Positions 46,589 through 52,604 of a stretch of DNA of 52,604 nt are shown here, in pieces (position 1 is the stretch's first letter; each line of letters opens with the position of its first letter). The stretch is taken from positions 137,204 through 189,807 of the forward strand of contig ML996712.1 of NCBI GenBank assembly GCA_010356995.1, read 5' to 3'. The DNA is from Trichodelitschia bisporula (lineage: Eukaryota). The notes beneath the pieces were generated by a model. It saw nothing but the letters and a program-made list of their open reading frames with translations. It did no database searches and was not told the DNA's origin. Made by a program: the position numbers and the translations under genes.

Positions 46589-47997
46589 CTATCCGCATCC
46601 TGACCCCGTCAGCCCCTTTACTGCCCCAGATGGGACGTTGCTACACTTGGCGGTCCCTAGCTTCGTGTCGCCCTTGCTTGGGCGGAGGTTGATGTTTTTG
46701 AACACGATGTCACGGCACGGCTTCGCTTTGGAGCAGCTAACGCTCGCCGTCGTACCCCGTCCATGTAGGTACCCGGTAAAGTTCTCGAACCTAATGTTCG
46801 ATATCTCCAGTTTGCTCGTCCCCGAAAACGAACCGTTGTTGCCGTTGTCCTGCGTGATAGCGGGCCCGCCGTCGGCGTCTTCGACATCAAAATTGAGAAA
46901 GGTTAGGTTGCGGACGATACCCCAGCCACCTCCACGTGGCTTTCCGGCCGACTCGTAACCTTTCTGTGACGCCTGGCCCCCAATCCAGGTCTTAATATAG
47001 GCCGAGTTGTGCATATCTTCGTTGTAACGGATGATCTGGGGGATTACCAGCGGCCAACGACCTGAAGGCTTGCTTACCTTTACGTCCCGGATTACCACAT
47101 TCTCGACACTTGAGTCCTCGAGGTATTGTCCCAGACTTCCAATAGCGATGCCGTTCCCACCGCGGCACGTCACATTGCGTACCTCAATGTTGCACGAGCG
47201 GGGCTTGATGGCGATGCAGTCGTCGCCGCCTTGGTACACAAAGTTGTGCAACCGGATATTCTTTGCATCCATGGTATCTGGCCGTCAGCTAGGCTCACCC
47301 TCCCCCTAAAAGTACTTACCGAAGCCGTCGGTGTTCTGCACCCAGTTTTTGCCCCAGGGCGCGCGCGTCGCCGTTGCATTGACATAGATGTTGTCAAACA
47401 CCATATCGGTTCCGTTCATGATGTTGACAGCCCAGAGCGGAGGCTGCTTGACAAAGAAGTTTCGGACGACGACACTGCTGACATTCCAGAACACAAATGG
47501 CATCGGCCGCCCGGGCTTCGTATGTGCCTCTTCGGCGTTATACCAAGCTTCGCCATTGCCGTGAATGCCGCCCGTGCCGTACCCATTGATGGAGATACCA
47601 TCGCCAGAGAAGACGACGCCAGCGGCGTGATTTTGGAACTCGACAGGGTATGAGTTCTTGCGCCAGTAGGCGAGGTCATCGGAGAGCTAATGGTGAGCGC
47701 CGTTCATGAACTGATCTATGTACGTACTGTCCATTGGCCCTTCCATTCGATCTTGATGTTATGCACCCGGGGATTCAGCCTCGTCGCGATCCAGTACGAC
47801 TGCTCGGCAGGAAAGACCACAGTCCCGCCATTTCCGCACTCTGCGAACGCCTTCAGAATGTTCGGTACGTCGTCTTTCTTCGGTCCTTCGGCAGTGACTG
47901 TGCAGCGGTTGCCATCCTCACTCCGTACAACGTTAACGCCTCCCGCGAGGCTCGCCGTAGCCCCTAAAGCGATTGACGTCGCAATCGCGAGACGCAT
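46589..47997 (-). CDS. Secreted GH28 exo-acting pectinase (exo-polygalacturonase/Rgx-like); exons 47997-47728, 47686-47320, 47277-47078, 47035-46589
   Basis: Signal peptide, DDVPNILKAFAECGNGG, NTDGFD, GDDCIAIK, GGNGIAIGSLGQY and AYIKTW motifs. Three 41-42-nt GT-AG introns. Confidence 0.9.
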
Positions 47998-48301
47998 CTT
48001 GACAAAAGTGCAGAGAAGTCATTGCGGCGAGTTTGACACCCGATAACACTGAGGTGCCTTAATCTGCGTATACTGAAAACATGCCGGCGCCGCTTTCTCC
48101 AAATTACTCCGTTCTCTCCACATTGATCACTGTCAGACCCATGCAGCCTTGCGAGCAACGCCACAGCAGCCGCACTTCCAGCCTCACCAGCAAGCCACAC
48201 CCGCCGCCAGTACTCGCACGCTACGTCAGTGTTGCGCGAACGTTCCGACAACGAAGCGTCAACAAACCTCACCTCATTCCTCAACTTCTTCCACCGTCGC
48301 A

Positions 48302-49032
48302 ATGATCTCCCGCATAATCGCCTCGACCACCGTATTTGGTGCAGCTCCGATGTCTTCTGCTCCTCGTTCATGCCTCCGCCTCCGCTCCAGTGCCCCGCGA
48401 GCCACCGCCCTCAAAGTCCGCTTTTCCACGACGCCCTCGAAAGCCGCAAGGAACCGCATCTTCACCAAGTACGGTCACTCCGTGCAGCATGATGTCGCTA
48501 ACAGACCAGTGTCCGCACTCCCGACGAGCTCTCCACACTCCTCCTCCTCTCCTCAAGCAGCAACCGCCCCCTCATTACCCTCTGGACCGCCTCATGGTCC
48601 TCGGATGTCTCACCGTTACTGAAAGGCCTAATTGAGGATGGCGTAGCAGAGCCCCATGGAGGCGTAGGCTACGTGGAAGTTGAGTTCGACGCAGTCACTA
48701 TCGGTGACCTCCCGATCCGTTACATGGTACGCCACCCTCGGCCCAGCCCATCCGAGCGGTATCACTTGGCAGCCAATAGCGGCAGCCGGGGATGACACTG
48801 CCTCGCGACCGTTAATCGCCAGCCTCACGCATACTAATTCCCGCAGATCAACAGCATCCCCACGCTTCTCGCCTTCAGCCGCTCCGAACCCCAGCTCGAG
48901 ACCAAGGTTACTAAGATGGACGACCTCCAGAACCGCGCCTTTTTGACTAAGTGGCTGGAGACCGAGGCACGGCGTGGCGGCGAGGGTGGTGCGGGAGGGA
49001 AGTCGATATTCAGCGCTCTTTTTGGGCATTGA
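48302..49032 (+). CDS. Mitochondrial thioredoxin-fold protein lacking CxxC (absent from the ORF track); exons 48302-48468, 48510-48726, 48847-49032
   Basis: Arg/Ser-rich presequence, then RNRIFTNVRTPDELSTLLLLSSSSNRPLITLWTASWSSDVSPLLKGLIEDG...GGVGYVEVEFD...RYMINSIPTLLAFSR...FLTKWLETEARRGGEGGAGG. Both introns have branch sites and restore the frame. Confidence 0.8.
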
Positions 49033-49631
49033 GAGAGTGGATGCAGCCGGCCATCCGCGGGATTTTTGGGAGAGCGCCGCGCGAGCTGCGAATGCGTTTT
49101 TGAGGCCGCATGACCTCGATGCACGTCGTCCCTGCGTACCCGTATCGGGGGCACGGTCGGAACTTATCGGCTCCGCCCTCCCAGTGACATTCTCATGCAG
49201 CTGTCTCACCCTTCCGCCGTGTTGCGTCTGTGGCCCGTTCGCAAAAGATGTTCGTTGCATGGCGCAGCCGAGCTAAGATTGTGCATTGTAAGCGCGGTAT
49301 GCGGACGTGCATCGCAATGCGAAACTACCGGGCTGGGATGCGGGTGAGTTGATAGACGGGAATCGACTAGATGCATATCTGCATTACTTCAACGGGAGCA
49401 TGGGCTAGCCACGTGCGCCCGGTACGGTGTGAAGTTGTGATAGAAGATTATACAAAGACAGGGGGAGGGGAGAGAGTCGGAGACGCGAGACACTGGATGT
49501 TGGTGCGTGCCTGGTATCCTCCGATGCTCGTTTCCTCCCGGTGGGCACGGCTTATAATGTACGGGACTTGGGCTGGCGTGGGGCTTCCTGGGAGGGGTAT
49601 GGGGCGTGATGTTTTGGGGAGGGGAGGACGG

Positions 49632-49975
49632 GCATTCACAGAAGACCGGCGGGTGTATTCATGGAACAACTAGGACTAGCATTCAGGAAAAGTCCCCCAT
49701 CTCCGCATTCAAGGAAAGAGCAACGGCCGTGTTCATGGGAAGACCAGTGTTCTGGAAAAATCAACCTCCCGCATGCAGGGAAAAGACGAGTATTTGAGGA
49801 AAGATCACTCGCCATGTTCGAGGAAGGTCCTCGCTCCACGTTCCACACAAGCCAGCCTTTGCATGCGAGAAAAGATGAGTGTTCAACGAAAAGACCAGCA
49901 TTCGACGAAAAGATCAATAGACAACGAAAAAGCCAACAGACAACGACAAAACCAGCATTCAATGACAAAAACCAT
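49632..49975. repeat. Cryptic degenerate minisatellite, about 14 copies of RYRTTC-N3-GAAAAGA with 18-26-nt spacing
   Basis: Copies start at about 49632, 49655, 49679, 49705, 49729, 49747, 49771, 49790, 49814, 49838, 49861, 49879, 49898 and 49955. Confidence 0.6.
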
Positions 49976-50076
49976 CAGTCAAGCAAAAGCCCAACCTCCG
50001 CCTCCAATCCAAGCCCAGCATAACCAAAAGGCCCAGCCCAGCACCTCCGCATCCCCCCAACCTCCCAACTCCGAAC

Positions 50077-52604
50077 TCACTCATGCGCCAGAAGAGGGAT
50101 GCTACTCTGCGTTTCGACGTGCGCTGCGGACAGTCCTTCGGGCGGTGGGGCGGGCTGGGAGGGTGGTGGCGCTTCGAGGTCCGGTTGTGGCGCTTCGGGG
50201 CCGCTGTCTGGGGGATTGTTGGCTTGACTAGATGCCCCGGGCGGGGAGGAGGCTGGGATCGGGTTAGGATGCGTGAGACCGATGGGGAAGGGGGGGAGGG
50301 GTGTACCTTCGTCAGGGCCGGCAGGGAAGGGCTCGGGCGGAGACGCGGGCGACGGCTCGGGTGGGGACGCAGACGACGGCTCGGGCGGGGACGCGGGCGA
50401 CGGCTCGGGTGGGGACGCAGACGAGGGCTCGGGCGGGGACGCGGGCGACGGCTCATCGTGCCTGCTGCGGATNNNNNNNNNNNNNNNNNNNNNNNNNNNN
50501 NNNNNNNNNNNNNNNNNNNNNNNNNNNNNNNNNNNNNNNNNNNNNNNNNNNNNNNNNNNNNNNNNNNNNNNNNNNNNNNNNNNNNNNNNNNNNNNNNNNN
50601 NNNNNNNNNNNNNNNNNNNNNNNNNNNNNNNNNNNNNNNNNNNNNNNNNNNNNNNNNNNNNNNNNNNNNNNNNNNNNNNNNNNNNNNNNNNNNNNNNNNN
50701 NNNNNNNNNNNNNNNNNNNNNNNNNNNNNNNNNNNNNNNNNNNNNNNNNNNNNNNNNNNNNNNNNNNNNNNNNNNNNNNNNNNNNNNNNNNNNNNNNNNN
50801 NNNNNNNNNNNNNNNNNNNNNNNNNNNNNNNNNNNNNNNNNNNNNNNNNNNNNNNNNNNNNNNNNNNNNNNNNNNNNNNNNNNNNNNNNNNNNNNNNNNN
50901 NNNNNNNNNNNNNNNNNNNNNNNNNNNNNNNNNNNNNNNNNNNNNNNNNNNNNNNNNNNNNNNNNNNNNNNNNNNNNNNNNNNNNNNNNNNNNNNNNNNN
51001 NNNNNNNNNNNNNNNNNNNNNNNNNNNNNNNNNNNNNNNNNNNNNNNNNNNNNNNNNNNNNNNNNNNNNNNNNNNNNNNNNNNNNNNNNNNNNNNNNNNN
51101 NNNNNNNNNNNNNNNNNNNNNNNNNNNNNNNNNNNNNNNNNNNNNNNNNNNNNNNNNNNNNNNNNNNNNNNNNNNNNNNNNNNNNNNNNNNNNNNNNNNN
51201 NNNNNNNNNNNNNNNNNNNNNNNNNNNNNNNNNNNNNNNNNNNNNNNNNNNNNNNNNTAGCTCGATCGCCTCGCCTATTCGCCCGTCTTCAAGGTATGCA
51301 CTCGCGAGTTCGTGCTGCGATGATAGACGGTCTGAATGATCTTCCCGTAGCATTTTCGATCGGATTGCAACGATGCGCTCGAATAGCTCGATCGCCTCGC
51401 CTATTCGCCCATCGCGACGGTATGCGCTGCCCAGATCATACTCCGAATCAAGAGTTGCTGCATCATCTTCTCCGGAATTTTCTTTTCTCCATTTGAAAAC
51501 TTGCTCATACCAGTATATACACTCCCGGAGTCTCCCATCACACATAAAGAAGCGCCCAAGCAGCTTGCATAGGGTGTAATGGCTGGCCAAGTCTTCGCCT
51601 TGAGCAGATTGAGCAATTTTCAATGCGTGGGGCAGGTATTCTCGACACATCGGCATGTTGTCGTAGATGTCCTGGGCATCTGGAAATACATCCGCAAGGT
51701 GCTTCACCGCCTTCTTCCTCGCCTCCTCTTTCACCAGGGGATGCTTGTCAAGCCAAATCTTGGTTGCCTTTTGCACGAGTCTGTGCATGTCGTACATGTT
51801 ATCGTCCCGTTTGGTGAAGAAAGCGTATCCAAGAAGGGTACCAATGGCGCTCACCAAGCGTGTTTTCATCGGCACTGGAGGCAGCATCGACCTAGGAATC
51901 GCCTTTGGCTCGACGTAAGACACGAAGGCGAGGAGATCGGCGGCAGTTTGATCCGTCTGACGAATTTTTTCGAAAGACAGTATCCATGTGTTTGCAATAG
52001 CGTTCGAAGTGCTCTGGGGTCGTGTAAGGTCGGTGAACTCGGCGCTCATGAGCTCGGACATGTCTTCGTGGGTATTCCTCAGGAGCTCCAAATATTCGGA
52101 AATGGACACCGGGTTTTTCGTGATGTAGGCTGCTGCTTGTGCGATCGCTAAAGGAATGAACTCCAGTTCAGTCAAGAGCTCGTCTGTGATCGAAGCGCTA
52201 CACAGTAACTTCTCCTCTGACAAGGAGTTTCGGAGAAAGTCGAGTGAGTCTTCCTTGCTCATTTGGTTCAATTGAATGATTCCATTGCGCGTCAGGTCGG
52301 TTGCGATATGTCGTGTGCGCGTCGTGCAAAGCACCTGGCCGTTCGGGCTTGCCGGAAGAAAATGGGCAACATGCTTGGACTGATCGGGGGACAGAGAAAA
52401 GATATTCGCGTCGTCGACGTTATCAATAATCAAAAGCCAGCGCCCTGCCCTTCCGCCACTTAGATACTCCTTTACCAAGTCCTTCACGTCCTTGTCCTTT
52501 TCTTTCTCTGAAAGGATCGACAACTCCCTTGCGATACTGGAGCAGTCTTGGGTAAAGGTTGCCGCGCTCACAGCGGAAACCCAAAATACAGAGCACTGAG
52601 GATG
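50077..52604 (-). CDS. NLR-like NB-ARC + TPR protein; 5' end outside the window, interrupted by an assembly gap; Pro-rich C-terminal tail inferred at 50472-50077
   Basis: Walker B WLLIIDNVDD, LCTTR, IPLAIAQAAAYI, TWILSFEKI, MHRLVQ and 42-aa TPR units (SQHELASAYLEDGRIGEAIEL). After the gap a 131-codon frame IRSRHDEPSPASPP...LLAHE* ends at TGA 50079-50077. Confidence 0.85.
50328..50453 (-). repeat. 24-bp tandem repeat, about 5 copies, encoding EPS(P/S)ASPP
   Basis: GGCTCGGG(C/T)GG(G/A)GACGC(G/A)G(G/A)CGA(C/G) units seen directly. Confidence 0.9.
50473..51257. other. Assembly gap (785 N)
   Basis: Run of N bases. Confidence 1.
51258..51509 (-). repeat. 126-bp TPR-coding repeat units of the NLR
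   Basis: TAGCTCGATCGCCTCGCCTATTCGCCC is identical at 51258 and 51384, a period of 126 nt (42 aa). Confidence 0.85.

Noticed and set aside
49632..50453. Repeat arrays as CRISPR-like
   Set aside because: Eukaryotic context, degenerate or head-to-tail units without 30-40-nt unique spacers, and no cas genes.
49959..51496. ORF-track translations through the N-run (870, 418, 407 and 319 aa), including an Arg/Pro-rich SRRPRPRP tail
   Set aside because: Artefacts of an estimated gap length; the EPSPASPP frame beginning IRSR is the more plausible continuation.

Overview
Eukaryotic, GC-rich filamentous-ascomycete (Pezizomycotina-type) genomic DNA with mostly very short spliceosomal introns (39-60 nt; GTRNGY...CTRAC...YAG). 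I reconstruct about 16 spliced protein-coding genes by hand: a U1A/U2B''-type RRM protein, V-ATPase subunit D, SYF1, a small conserved protein, a secreted two-domain N/Q- and Ala/Pro-rich protein, FIP1, a Nup49/Nup58 FG nucleoporin, a VCX1-type Ca2+/H+ exchanger, an RTC4-domain protein, a DUF4470-MYND protein, an F-box/UIM protein, an Asi1/3-type RING ligase, a GFA/Mss4-like protein, GMF/Aim7, a GH28 exo-pectinase and a mitochondrial thioredoxin-like protein lacking CxxC. A 5'-truncated NB-ARC/TPR NLR-like gene has a TPR array that collapses into an assembly gap. Two accessory islands (~7.4-16.4 kb and ~29-34.3 kb) are patchworks of short relics of Ty3/Gypsy, Helitron and CACTA-type elements and of host genes, plus an intron-containing tandem module. 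No rRNA, tRNA or CRISPR was seen. Family assignments rest on motif recognition by eye, not database searches. I found no single clearly new system; the best leads are the fragment-mosaic islands, the NLR with a Pro-rich repeat tail, the secreted two-domain protein and several non-canonical splicing or regulatory features.
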